DNA of 53,552 nucleotides from Actinomycetota bacterium. GTDB taxonomy: Bacteria; Actinomycetota; UBA4738; JACQTL01. Each line of letters opens with the position of its first letter. The stretch's first letter is position 1. A program made the position numbers and the translations under genes. This document shows positions 17,597 through 27,305 of the stretch, one piece after another. Under the pieces are notes generated by a model, which made no database searches, was not told the DNA's origin, and saw only the letters and a program-made list of their open reading frames with translations. The stretch is taken from positions 1-53,552 of the forward strand of contig DATBHM010000074.1 of assembly GCA_036557505.1 (NCBI GenBank), read 5' to 3'.

Positions 17597-18685
17597 ATGG
17601 CCGGACGCGCACCCACCACACACACGAAGGAGGTCGCTGCCGTCGTGGCATTGAGCCGGCGGGGAAGGGTCGCCGCAGGGGTCGGCGCGGGCATGCTCGC
17701 GGTGGTGCTCGCCGTGGGCATCCTGGCGCTCACGGGGAATGCGGACAAGGTGCCCGGCCTGAACACGCTCATCAAACCGGCCGCCACGTGCCCGCTGACC
17801 GGCGTCGAGCCCGCGTCCGGCAAGGTGCCGGACCGCCCGGCGCTCGCCATCAAGGTGGAGAACCTCCCCGAGGCGAGGCCCCAGGCCGGCATCGAGGCCG
17901 CCGACGTCGTCTACGAGGAACCGGTCGAGGGCGGGATCACGCGGTTCATCGTCGTCTACCAGTGCCGCGACTCCAAGCGCGTGGGCCCGGTCCGGAGCGC
18001 CCGGTTCACCGACGTCGACATCCTGCCGCAATACGGCACGCAGACGCTGTTCGGGTTCGCCGGGGGCGCACCTCCCGTGGAACAACGCGTGCAGGACTCG
18101 GGCCTGAACGACGTGAACTTCCAGCAGCCCAAGGCCGAGAAGGCGTACGTGCGCGACCCCAACCGGGACGAGCCGCACAACCTCTACACGTCGACCGGCG
18201 CCCTGTACCGGGCCGGCGGAACCTCGGGGGGGATGCCGACCGAGGTGCTCACGTTCTCCGACTCGGTGCCCTCGGGGGCGAAGCGCGCGTCGAAGGTCGA
18301 GCTGGACTTCTCGGGGTCCGCCGACGTGTTCTGGACGTTCGACCACCGGAACGGGCTGTGGGTGCGCTCGTACGACACCGGCCCGGCGGAACTGGAGAAC
18401 GGCCGTCCCATCACGGCCCGGAACGTCGTCGTCCAGACGGTGAGGGTCAAGGAGACGGGGATCGTCGACGCGGCGGGGAACCCCTCGCCGGAGGTGGTGG
18501 CCACGGGGACCGGACGGTGCCTGGTGTTCCGCAACGGCCGCGTGATCCACGGGACGTGGAGCCGTCCGACGCTCGGCGACCTGACGGTCTACCGGGACGC
18601 GCACGGACACACCATCGACCTCGCGCCCGGCACGACCTGGATCGAGCTCCTCCCCGCCGACAAGACGCCGGACGTCACGAAGTAG
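17597..18685 (+). CDS. DUF3048-domain secreted/anchored protein
   Basis: N-terminal TM/signal anchor. PALAIKVENLPEARPQAGIEAADVVYEEPVEGGITRFIVVY matches the hallmark DUF3048 N-domain block. Confidence 0.7.
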   Translation: MAGRAPTTHTKEVAAVVALSRRGRVAAGVGAGMLAVVLAVGILALTGNADKVPGLNTLIKPAATCPLTGVEPASGKVPDRPALAIKVENLPEARPQAGIEAADVVYEEPVEGGITRFIVVYQCRDSKRVGPVRSARFTDVDILPQYGTQTLFGFAGGAPPVEQRVQDSGLNDVNFQQPKAEKAYVRDPNRDEPHNLYTSTGALYRAGGTSGGMPTEVLTFSDSVPSGAKRASKVELDFSGSADVFWTFDHRNGLWVRSYDTGPAELENGRPITARNVVVQTVRVKETGIVDAAGNPSPEVVATGTGRCLVFRNGRVIHGTWSRPTLGDLTVYRDAHGHTIDLAPGTTWIELLPADKTPDVTK

Positions 18686-18692
18686 ACGGGCC

Positions 18693-20876
18693 TCAGGCCC
18701 CGGATGTCACGGTTCCCGGCCCGGTGATCGCCTCCGCTGCGACGCCGGCGCCCGCCAGGGTCCGCATGCCCTCGTCGACGTAGTGGGCGCGCTGCGCCTC
18801 GTGACGGTCCAGCCAGTCGATGAGCTCGTGCAGCGGGATCGGACGGCACATCAGGTATCCCTGCGCGTAGTCGCAGTTGAGCTCGCGCAGCCGGCTCCAC
18901 GTGGCCTCGTCCTCGACGCCCTCCGCCACGACCCGCAGCCCGAGGTTGTGGGCGAGGTCGACGGTGGCCCGGACGATGGACTCGTCGTTCGGGTCCGACA
19001 TCGTGTTCATCACGAACGACTTGTCGATCTTGATCTCGTCCACCGGCAGGCGGCGGAGGTGGCTGAGCGAGGAATAGCCCGTGCCGAAGTCGTCGATCGA
19101 GATCCCGACGCCGACTGCCGAGAGGCGACGCAGCACATCGATGGACCGGTGTGAGTCGGCCATGAGGGAGTCCTCCGTGATCTCGAACTGCAGCGACGTC
19201 GGCGGCACCTCCCACCGGTGCAGGAGGGTCGCGATCTGCTCCGGGAGGTCGAGGTCGAGGAGACTGTGGGGCGAGAGGTTGACCGCGACCCCCAGCTCGT
19301 GGCCGGCTCGCAGCCACTCGTTGGCCCCGGACAGCGCGCGGTTCACCACGTGCAGCGTGAGTGGCCGGAGGAGGGTCGTCCGTTCCGCGAACGGCAGGAA
19401 GCTCCTGGGCATCACCAGCCCGAGCTCCGGGTGCTGCCACCTGAGGAGCGCCTCGGCCGTCCTGACCTTCCCGGTGTGCAAGCTGATCTGCGGCTGGAAC
19501 CACAGGTCGAGCTGGCCGCGCTCCATCGCGGGGCGGATCTGGCCGAGCAGCGTCACCCGAGCGGGGCTGTGCTGATCGCGCTCCGGCCGGTAGATCTCGT
19601 AGCCGGTGTGCGCCTCCTTGGCCGTGTACATCGCGACGTCGGCGCACCGGAGGAGCGTGTCGATGTCGTCGGAGTGGTTGGGGTGCAGGGCGATCCCGAT
19701 GCTCGCCGACGTGTCGAGGGGCAGGTCCTCGAGCACCACCGGGGTCTCGAGCTCGTCGAGGATCCGATGGGCCACCTCGATGGCGCGACCCTCGCCGGAG
19801 ACGCCGGGCAGGAGGATGCCGAACTCGTCGCCGCCCAGCCGGGCCACGGTGTCGCCGGCCCGCACCACGCGCTTCAGTCGCGGGGCGAGCTCCTGGAGCA
19901 GCAGGTCGCCGAAGTGGTGGCCCAGCCCGTCGTTGACCTCCTTGAACTGGTCGAGGTCCATGATCATGACGGCGACCCCCTTCTCGGGGGTGCTCGCCTC
20001 GATCGCCGAGCGCAGCTCCCGCATGAACAGCACGCGGTTCGGCAGGCCGGTCAGGTTGTCGTGGAGGGCCAGGTACTCGTTCTCGCGCTCACGCGCCGCG
20101 AGCTCGTCGGTGGCCTGTTTCAGCGACTGGGTTCTGGCGAACATCTGACGGGCGAACGCGAGCGGCGCGACGAACACCACCATGGACAACACGCCCGCCT
20201 TCACGAAGAAGATCGCGATCACCACGCCGAACGCGGCGAGGCCCAGGTACGACAGCACCAGCTCGCCGAGGATGCCCTCGTGCATCTCGGTGACCACACG
20301 CTTGATCGAGACCCCCCGCGCGATGCCGATGTACCCGGCCACCAGGAGCACGTTCACCGCGTAGCCGAGGACCGTCGCCTCCACCACGCCGAGGGCGATG
20401 AGATACCACTCCGAGTGCAGGGAGGCGATGCCGTGGAACACCGCACCCTCGGCGACGACGGAAAGCGCGATCTGCGACCTGATGAACAGCGCCTTGAGCG
20501 GGGAGATCTCCAGTCGCAGCTCCCTGGGGTCGGAGGTCCCCAACAGCGCGACGGCCCCGGCCACGTACGGCGGGTACAGCAGCGCGACGGCGAGCTGCAG
20601 CGGGAAGCTGACGCTGAAGTGCAGGTTGGACGTGAGCGGCAGGGGCATCAGGTCGACCACCGCGATCCCGACGGCCCACACCAGGAGCATGGTGTTCGCG
20701 TAGTCGTGCGGGTTGCGGATCACCTGGACGACGAGCCAGGCGATGAGGGGCGTGGAGACGATCAGCTCGTACAGAACGAGCCGGCTCGACTGACGGTCCC
20801 GGGCCGCCCCGTCGTCGTCGGACACGCCGTCGGGCGCCGGTGTCGTTGACTCCTCGTGCATCCGCTCAGACGACAT
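18693..20876 (-). CDS. membrane-anchored GGDEF-EAL protein (diguanylate cyclase/phosphodiesterase)
   Basis: About 8 N-terminal TM segments. GGDEF site RLGGDEFGIL. EAL-domain motifs AEALLRW, DDFGTGYSSL, KIDKSF. Start is ATG 20876 or ATG 20861 (unresolved). Confidence 0.85.
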   Translation of the reverse strand: MSSERMHEESTTPAPDGVSDDDGAARDRQSSRLVLYELIVSTPLIAWLVVQVIRNPHDYANTMLLVWAVGIAVVDLMPLPLTSNLHFSVSFPLQLAVALLYPPYVAGAVALLGTSDPRELRLEISPLKALFIRSQIALSVVAEGAVFHGIASLHSEWYLIALGVVEATVLGYAVNVLLVAGYIGIARGVSIKRVVTEMHEGILGELVLSYLGLAAFGVVIAIFFVKAGVLSMVVFVAPLAFARQMFARTQSLKQATDELAARERENEYLALHDNLTGLPNRVLFMRELRSAIEASTPEKGVAVMIMDLDQFKEVNDGLGHHFGDLLLQELAPRLKRVVRAGDTVARLGGDEFGILLPGVSGEGRAIEVAHRILDELETPVVLEDLPLDTSASIGIALHPNHSDDIDTLLRCADVAMYTAKEAHTGYEIYRPERDQHSPARVTLLGQIRPAMERGQLDLWFQPQISLHTGKVRTAEALLRWQHPELGLVMPRSFLPFAERTTLLRPLTLHVVNRALSGANEWLRAGHELGVAVNLSPHSLLDLDLPEQIATLLHRWEVPPTSLQFEITEDSLMADSHRSIDVLRRLSAVGVGISIDDFGTGYSSLSHLRRLPVDEIKIDKSFVMNTMSDPNDESIVRATVDLAHNLGLRVVAEGVEDEATWSRLRELNCDYAQGYLMCRPIPLHELIDWLDRHEAQRAHYVDEGMRTLAGAGVAAEAITGPGTVTSGA

Positions 20877-21459
20877 CGGCAATCCGGGCTCGCGGCTTGA
20901 TCTGATCCCTGCGCAGGACGACGTGCCTGGGGGTGTACCTGCGCCGCATGCTCCCGACGACGAGCCACGCCATGCCCGCAAACGCCGCCAGGTCGCCGGG
21001 GCTGAACAGCAGGTGGATCGGCGCGCCGACGCCGATCACGTCGGCGAGGGGCATGAGGACGTCGTCGGGGCCCGCCAGATGGTGCTTCACGGCGGAGTGC
21101 TGGAGCGCGGGAAGGGTGGCCTCCTGCCCAGAGGCGACGAGCGACGAGCGCGGCACCGGCATCCCGGAGTTCGCGGCGATGACGGCGAAGTTCATCAGCA
21201 GGCCGATGCACAGGAGCGGGATCCCCGGGGCGGAGCGGTTCGCGACACAGAACACCATCAGCATCACGAACGATCCGAGGAGCAGGGCGACCGCAAGGCC
21301 CCTAGTGTGCACCGGGACGGCCTGCACGAGGTACGCGACCAGCGCGAGGGGGAGCCACGTCAGGCGGCGGTGGAGCAGGTGCTGCAACCGGCCTCCGAGC
21401 AGGTACCCGACGACGACGGAGGCTGCCAGCAGCGCAAGCGTGAAGCTGAGCGTGGACAT
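20866..21459 (-). CDS. multi-pass membrane protein (DUF5317-like, tentative)
   Basis: 197 aa, about 6 hydrophobic segments, AGGAGA SD before ATG 21459. Abuts or overlaps the GGDEF-EAL gene. The family assignment is from memory only. Confidence 0.55.
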   Translation of the reverse strand: MSTLSFTLALLAASVVVGYLLGGRLQHLLHRRLTWLPLALVAYLVQAVPVHTRGLAVALLLGSFVMLMVFCVANRSAPGIPLLCIGLLMNFAVIAANSGMPVPRSSLVASGQEATLPALQHSAVKHHLAGPDDVLMPLADVIGVGAPIHLLFSPGDLAAFAGMAWLVVGSMRRRYTPRHVVLRRDQIKPRARIADVV

Positions 21460-21505
21460 CCGGTCTCCTGGGGTTCCATGCCGAGGTCGAGGGACGACAC
21501 GCGGC

Positions 21506-21530
21506 CCCCCGGCCGAGGGGAGGCCGGGGG
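21506..21530 (-). promoter_or_regulatory. 9-bp GC hairpin with a C-rich loop between the small ORF and the DUF5317-like gene
   Basis: On the minus strand: CCCCCGGCC-TCCCCTC-GGCCGGGGG. No U tract follows. Confidence 0.3.
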
Positions 21531-21555
21531 AGCCGTCACGTCGAGCCGGTTCGCC

Positions 21556-21657
21556 CTAGTTCGGGCGCCAACCGGCGGCAGCAGCGAGGACCAGCGCGGC
21601 GATCGAGGCCAGTGCGTAGGCCAGCCGGCGGATCCGGGCCTTGGTGGTGTTGTTCAT
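21556..21657 (-). CDS. candidate 33-aa single-TM peptide (MNNTTKARIRRLAYALASIAALVLAAAAGWRPN)
   Basis: Below the ORF-track size cutoff. GC3 is about 88% (29/33 codons end in G/C), as in genuine genes here. Basic N-terminus followed by one hydrophobic helix. Same strand as the downstream c-di-GMP genes. Confidence 0.45.
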   Translation of the reverse strand: MNNTTKARIRRLAYALASIAALVLAAAAGWRPN

Positions 21658-21950
21658 GAAAGGCGCCCCGTTACGGCCTCCACTTGGTGGCCTCGCCGCG
21701 TTCGGTCATCACGTGTCCGTTCCGCGACTTCTGCAAGGGCGTTCACCTCCTCTCCACGAGGGGTATCGACCCGGGACCCGTTGCAGCGCACGGGCGATTG
21801 ACCATTTCCGGGTACGACCTTCGACGACGGGCCGCTCCGACCTTCGGCCTCACCACCACGGGGGGCGGCCGATGCGACGAACGGCGTCCCCGGAGCGGCG
21901 CGGTTCGCGGCGATACACTGGGCTCCGTCGACGTCGGGGAGGCGAGTCAG

Positions 21951-22841
<891 letters not shown>

Positions 22842-22902
22842 CCCTGGGCCGGCGCCTGCGCTGCCCCCGCTGCGGCTCCGAGCGGGTCGCGAAGACGGCC
22901 AG

Positions 22903-23250
22903 TCAGGGCGTCGCGGAGGCCTCCCAGCCGTCGTAGTCGCCGTCCCCGGCCCGGGCGACCGAGCCGAACCATTCCCGGTCCCGGGCGCACGATGCCCTGG
23001 AGACGACACGTTCGGCTTCGGCCCGGACGATCCACGAGGAGCCGAACGCCGACGCGTCCAGGTGCACCCGCCATCCGTCCGCCCGGATGGTCTCGGCGGC
23101 GGCCGTGGCGGCATCCCGGTGGGGAAACGCGAGCCGGTGCACGACCCGGCGCGGCTTCGTCAGATCGGCGCCCTGCTTCGCCAGCTGCCGCAACGATCGC
23201 TCGTCCAACCGCGCCGCGTCGTCCTCACGCCTCCGCCGGAACAACCCCAT
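22903..23250 (-). CDS. RraB-family (ribonuclease E inhibitor B-like) protein
   Basis: 115 aa. GADLTKPRRVVHRLAFPHRDAATAAAETIRADGWRV and the C-terminal GDYDGWEA parallel E. coli RraB (GSDPDALYTIEHHL..., EYDGWGT). Confidence 0.65.
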   Translation of the reverse strand: MGLFRRRREDDAARLDERSLRQLAKQGADLTKPRRVVHRLAFPHRDAATAAAETIRADGWRVHLDASAFGSSWIVRAEAERVVSRASCARDREWFGSVARAGDGDYDGWEASATP

Positions 23251-23370
23251 CGTCCCGCTCCATGGTCGAGCTCGGTCGGTTCGAGTGTTCAACGCGCAGG
23301 AGCGCGGGGCAACCACGAGCGGTGATCCGGCGGCGGGCGGGGGAGTTCGCTTCGCTATCATCGAACGGAC

Positions 23371-23928
23371 ATGAAGGTGGGCGTTCTCGCATTGCAGGGA
23401 GACTTCCGCGAGCACGGGTTCGTGCTGCGTGCGCTGGGTGTCGAGCCGGTCGAAGTCCGCACCCCGGACCAGCTGGAGGAGGTCGGTGCGCTGGTCGTCC
23501 CGGGCGGGGAGTCGACCGCCATCGGAAAGCTCGCCCGCCAGCACGGCCTGGTCGAGCCGGTCGTGGACCGGGCCCGGAAGGGCATGCCGATGCTCGGGAC
23601 CTGTGCCGGCATGATCGTGATGGCCGAGCGGGTCACGGGGTACGAGCCGCTGTTCGGCCTGGTGGACATCACGGTGACCAGGAACGCGTACGGGCGACAG
23701 GTGGAGTCGTTCGAGGACGACGTCGAGATCCGGGGCATCGACGAGCCGGTGCGGGGGGTGTTCATCCGCGCGCCCCAGGTCGACGAGATCGGTGACGGCG
23801 TCGTGGTGCTGGCTGAGTACGCGGGCACGCCGGTCGTCGCGGAGCAGGGGAACCTCCTCGTCGCGGCGTTCCATCCGGAGCTGGTGGGGGAGACGCGCCT
23901 GCACGAGTACCTGCTGGGGAAGGTGTAG
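23371..23928 (+). CDS. pdxT: pyridoxal 5'-phosphate synthase glutaminase subunit
   Basis: MKVGVLALQGDFREH, LVVPGGESTA, GTCAGMI (catalytic Cys), AAFHPEL. Confidence 0.92.
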   Translation: MKVGVLALQGDFREHGFVLRALGVEPVEVRTPDQLEEVGALVVPGGESTAIGKLARQHGLVEPVVDRARKGMPMLGTCAGMIVMAERVTGYEPLFGLVDITVTRNAYGRQVESFEDDVEIRGIDEPVRGVFIRAPQVDEIGDGVVVLAEYAGTPVVAEQGNLLVAAFHPELVGETRLHEYLLGKV

Positions 23929-23930
23929 CC

Positions 23931-24680
23931 ATGTCCGGGCATTCGAAGTGGAGCACGATCAAGCGCAAGAAGGAGGCCACCGACAAGCGCCGTTCGGCGA
24001 CGTTCGCGCGGCTGCTGCGGGCCGTCGAGGTCGCGGCGCGGGAGGGCGGCGGCAGCATCGACGGCAACGCGACCCTCGCGAGCGCCGTGCAGAAGGCCAA
24101 GGAGAGCTCCGTCCCGAACGACAACATCGACCGGGCCATCAAGCGGGGGACCGGCGAGCTCGAGGGGGCCAGGTACGAGGAGATCACGTACGAGGGCTAC
24201 GCCCCCGGCGGGGTGGCCGTGCTCGTCGAGGCCATGACCGACAATCGGAACCGGACCGGGCAGGAGATCCGCCACGCGTTCACGAGGCTCGGCGGGACGA
24301 TGGGCGACCCGGGCAGCACCGCGTGGATGTTCCAGCGCAGGGGGGTGATCCTGGTCGACAAGGCCACCGCCCCCGACGAGGACGCGCTGCTGGAGACCGC
24401 GCTGGAGGCCGGCGCCGACGACCTCTCCGACGCCGAGAGCCACTGGGAGATCACGACCCACCCCGCGACGTTCAACGACGTCAAGGGGGCGCTGGAGTCC
24501 GGTGGCATGGAGCTCGCCTCCGCCGAGGTGACCATGGCGCCCACCGTGACGGTCCCGGTGGACGGGGCGCAGGCCCGCTCGGTGCTGAACCTGGTCGAGG
24601 CGCTCGAGGACAACGAGGACGTCCAGGCCGTCTACGCGAACTTCGACATCCCCGAAGAGGTCCTCGCCGAGGCCGGCTGA
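23931..24680 (+). CDS. yebC: YebC/PmpR-family DNA-binding transcriptional regulator
   Basis: MSGHSKWSTIKRKKEATDKRRS..., the invariant family N-terminus. Confidence 0.92.
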   Translation: MSGHSKWSTIKRKKEATDKRRSATFARLLRAVEVAAREGGGSIDGNATLASAVQKAKESSVPNDNIDRAIKRGTGELEGARYEEITYEGYAPGGVAVLVEAMTDNRNRTGQEIRHAFTRLGGTMGDPGSTAWMFQRRGVILVDKATAPDEDALLETALEAGADDLSDAESHWEITTHPATFNDVKGALESGGMELASAEVTMAPTVTVPVDGAQARSVLNLVEALEDNEDVQAVYANFDIPEEVLAEAG

Positions 24681-24775
24681 TCCGGAGGTCGCGCAAGATC
24701 GTGCCCGGCCGTGAAGTGCGGGCCCCCGGATGCCGATACGGATTCCGCCGGCGCGAGGACGCCTCGCAATCGTCC

Positions 24776-24816
24776 CGCCGGGCGGACGTCCGGCTTCCCC
24801 CCTCGCCGGGCGGACG
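24776..24816. repeat. 13-nt perfect direct repeat CGCCGGGCGGACG (x2, 28-nt period) bracketing a C-rich-loop hairpin
   Basis: Copies at 24776-24788 and 24804-24816. CGTCCGGC (24786-24793) can pair with GCCGGGCG (24804-24811) around the loop TTCCCCCCTC. Confidence 0.4.
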
Positions 24817-24825
24817 AATCAGAGC

Positions 24826-24854
24826 GAGCGGGCTCCGGCAGCCGGGGCCCGCTC
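24826..24854 (+). terminator. 13-bp hairpin downstream of yebC (weak T tract)
   Basis: GAGCGGGCTCCGG-CAG-CCGGGGCCCGCTC with one G-U pair. Followed by CTCGCGTTTGGG (only T3). Confidence 0.25.
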
Positions 24855-24898
24855 CTCGCGTTTGGGCCCGGGTTCGGCGCGAAACCTCACGGATGTGA

Positions 24899-24927
24899 TT
24901 GCCTGGGCCGCGGGCGCTCCGTAGAGT
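24899..24927 (+). promoter_or_regulatory. candidate promoter giving a leaderless ruvC mRNA (-35 TTGCCT, 17 nt, -10 TAGAGT)
   Basis: The -10 box ends at 24927. The ruvC GTG at 24934 is 7 nt downstream, and no SD sequence lies in between. Confidence 0.35.
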
Positions 24928-24933
24928 GAACAC

Positions 24934-25524
24934 GTGTTCGAACGGGCCGTGCTGGGCGTGGACCCGGGGATCGCCACCGCGGGCCTCGCCGTGGTCGCCG
25001 AGCGCGACCGGCGGCCCGCGCTCGTGTGGGCGACCACCGTTCGCACGCCGTCGGGCCTCGAGGAGTCCCACCGACTCAGGACGCTGTACGGGGCGGTGCA
25101 CGACGCGATCGCGGAGCACCGGCCCGAGGGGCTGGCGATCGAACGCCTGATGTGGGGACGCAACGTCGGGAGCGCGATGAGCGTGGCCCGGGCCACCGGC
25201 GTCGTGCTCCTCGCGGCAGCCGACGCGGGGATCCCCGTCGACGAGTACCCGCCCCTCGAGGTGAAGATGGCCGTGACCGGGATCGGGAACGCGGGCAAGG
25301 ACCAGGTGCGCGCGGCCCTCGTCCGCACCCACGGGCTCGAGGACGTCCCCGCGCAGCCGGATGCCGCCGACGCCGTGGCCGTCGCGCTCTGCCACCTGAC
25401 ACAGTCGCCCCTGCGCCGCCTGCACCGGCAGGCCGCCCGACGGAACGTGGAGGAGGCCCTGGCCAAGGTGACGCCCCTGGCGCTCGCCGGGCGCCGCCGG
25501 GCCCCGAGGTGGGACGAGTCGTGA
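24934..25524 (+). CDS. ruvC: crossover junction endodeoxyribonuclease
   Basis: VLGVDPGIATAGLAVV (catalytic Asp), AIERLMW, DAADAVAVALCH. Confidence 0.9.
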   Translation: MFERAVLGVDPGIATAGLAVVAERDRRPALVWATTVRTPSGLEESHRLRTLYGAVHDAIAEHRPEGLAIERLMWGRNVGSAMSVARATGVVLLAAADAGIPVDEYPPLEVKMAVTGIGNAGKDQVRAALVRTHGLEDVPAQPDAADAVAVALCHLTQSPLRRLHRQAARRNVEEALAKVTPLALAGRRRAPRWDES

Positions 25525-26087
25525 TCTCGTTCCTCGAGGGGGAGATCGCCGAGAAGCTCCCGGACCGGGTCGTGCTCGACGTCGGAGGGGTCGGGTACGA
25601 GGTGCTGGTGTCGGTCCGTACGCTCACCACGCTGCCGACGGTCGGCCGCCGGGTTCGTGTGTTCACGCGGCTGCACGTCCGTGAGGACGCCATGGTGCTG
25701 TTCGGCTTCGACGCCACCGAGGAGCGGCACATGTTCGACCTCCTCAACGGGGTGAGCGGCATCGGGCCGAAGCTGGCGCTGGCGTTCCTGTCGGTGCACG
25801 CTCCGGAGGGGATCCGCAGGGCCGTCGCCGCCGGCGACGTCGCCGTGCTGGCCACCGTGCCGGGGGTGGGCCGCAAGACCGCGGGGCGGATCGTCGTGGA
25901 CCTCAAGGACAAGCTCGGCGTCGGCGAGATCGCGGTCACCGGGCCCATGTCCGAGGTGCGCGAGGCCCTGCTCGCGCTGGGCCTCACCCCCGGCGAGGCG
26001 AGCGATGCCATGGAGGTCGTTGTCGGGGGCGAGGACGGGACCGTCGAGGAGCTCCTCCGCCGCGCCCTGCAGTCGGTGGGGCGGTAA
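25521..26087 (+). CDS. ruvA: Holliday junction branch migration complex subunit
   Basis: ISFLEGEI..., VGYEV, GVSGIGPKLA, VPGVGRKTAGRI (HhH motifs). GTGA overlap with ruvC. Confidence 0.9.
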   Translation: MISFLEGEIAEKLPDRVVLDVGGVGYEVLVSVRTLTTLPTVGRRVRVFTRLHVREDAMVLFGFDATEERHMFDLLNGVSGIGPKLALAFLSVHAPEGIRRAVAAGDVAVLATVPGVGRKTAGRIVVDLKDKLGVGEIAVTGPMSEVREALLALGLTPGEASDAMEVVVGGEDGTVEELLRRALQSVGR

Positions 26088-26090
26088 TCC

Positions 26091-27182
26091 GTGAGCGACC
26101 TCCGCGACGACGGCGTGGTCCGGGTGGACGGCGAGGCCGAACGGATCCGGGTCGACCCCGACGAGGTCGAGGAGGTCCGCGTGGTCGGGGCGAGCGTCCG
26201 GCCCGACGACCGCGACGACGAGGCCACCCTCCGCCCACGCACGCTGCCCGAGTTCGTCGGCCAGGAACGCCTCAAGGAACAGCTCGGCCTCCTGATCGAG
26301 GGGGCCCGGGTCCGGGGCGAGCTCGCCGACCATCTGCTGTTCTCGGGTCCGCCCGGCCTGGGCAAGACGACGCTCGCCGGCATCGTCGCCCACGAGATGC
26401 AGGTGGGGTTCCGCCCGACGTCCGGTCCGGCGCTGGAGCGCGCCGGCGACCTCGCCGCGATCCTCACGAACCTCGAGGAGGGTGACGTCCTGTTCATGGA
26501 CGAGGTTCACCGGCTCCCGCGGCCGGTCGAGGAGGTGCTGTACGGCGCGCTCGAGGACTTCAAGCTCGACGTGGTGATCGGCAAGGGGCCGAGCGCGCGG
26601 TCCATACGCCTCGACCTGCCCCGGTTCACGCTGGTGGCCGCCACGACCCGGCCCGGGATGCTCACCCTCCCGCTGCGGGCGAGGTTCGGGTTCAGCCCGA
26701 GGCTCGACTACTACTCGCCCGAGGAGCTCGCCCGGATCGTCGTGCGGTCGGCGAGGATCCTCGGCGTGGAGGTGGACCAGGGCGGGGCCGACGAGATCGC
26801 CCGCCGCGCCCGGGGAACACCCCGCGTCGCCAACCGACTGCTGCGCCGGGTGCGCGACTTCGCCCAGGTCCGCGCCGACGGGCGCATCACGGTGGCGACG
26901 GCCAGCGGCGGCCTCGAGCTGTTCGAGGTGGACGAGGTGGGCCTCGACAAGGTGGACGTCGCCATCCTCACGATCCTCATCCGTAAGTTCGAGGGCGGTC
27001 CGGTCGGGTTGAAGACCCTCGCGGCCGCGGTCGGCGAGGAGAAGGAGACCATCGAGGACGTCTACGAGCCGTACCTGCTCCAGCTGGGGTTCCTCAAGCG
27101 AACCCTCCGGGGACGGGTCGCCACCGACCGTGCGTACCGCCACCTCGGCCTCGGCCCGGAGGGCGCGCTGCCGCTCGCCTGA
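26091..27182 (+). CDS. ruvB: Holliday junction DNA helicase
   Basis: [13 protein letters not shown], Walker [10 protein letters not shown], Walker [26 protein letters not shown]. Confidence 0.93.
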   Translation: MSDLRDDGVVRVDGEAERIRVDPDEVEEVRVVGASVRPDDRDDEATLRPRTLPEFVGQERLKEQLGLLIEGARVRGELADHLLFSGPPGLGKTTLAGIVAHEMQVGFRPTSGPALERAGDLAAILTNLEEGDVLFMDEVHRLPRPVEEVLYGALEDFKLDVVIGKGPSARSIRLDLPRFTLVAATTRPGMLTLPLRARFGFSPRLDYYSPEELARIVVRSARILGVEVDQGGADEIARRARGTPRVANRLLRRVRDFAQVRADGRITVATASGGLELFEVDEVGLDKVDVAILTILIRKFEGGPVGLKTLAAAVGEEKETIEDVYEPYLLQLGFLKRTLRGRVATDRAYRHLGLGPEGALPLA

Positions 27183-27305
27183 GCGGCGGCTCGCCCCGCG
27201 CCTGAGAACCCGCTATGAATGGGCGCTGACCTGCGGGATCGGCCGGTTCGGGGCTTCCGGCACCCTGTACACTGCCCGCCGGCTCCAAGGAGGCCCTGAC
27301 ATCCG

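Noticed and set aside
21658-21800. Chain of two further overlapping mini-ORFs on the minus strand: a 20-aa ORF, then GTGA, then a 30-aa ORF, then ATGA leading into the 33-aa ORF.
   Set aside because: The 30-aa ORF has only ~57% GC3 and a hydrophilic Arg-rich product. The overlaps are most likely coincidental, and only the last (33-aa) ORF has gene-like codon bias.
24786-24811. 6C-type small RNA (C-rich loop hairpin).
   Set aside because: Only one C-rich loop is present where the 6C motif has two, and the genomic context differs from known 6C loci. It is kept only as a structured element.
24819-27143. 774-aa minus-strand ORF spanning ruvC-ruvA-ruvB. Similar long ORFs include 8529..10625(-), 9674..11227(+), 15949..17892(-), 39592..41823(-), 4950..6683(-), 3284..4846(-) and 43612..45750(+).
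   Set aside because: All lie antisense to, or out of frame with, genes that carry unambiguous family motifs. Their products are Arg/Gly/Pro/His-rich with no motifs, and stop codons are simply rare in off-frames of 70% GC DNA.
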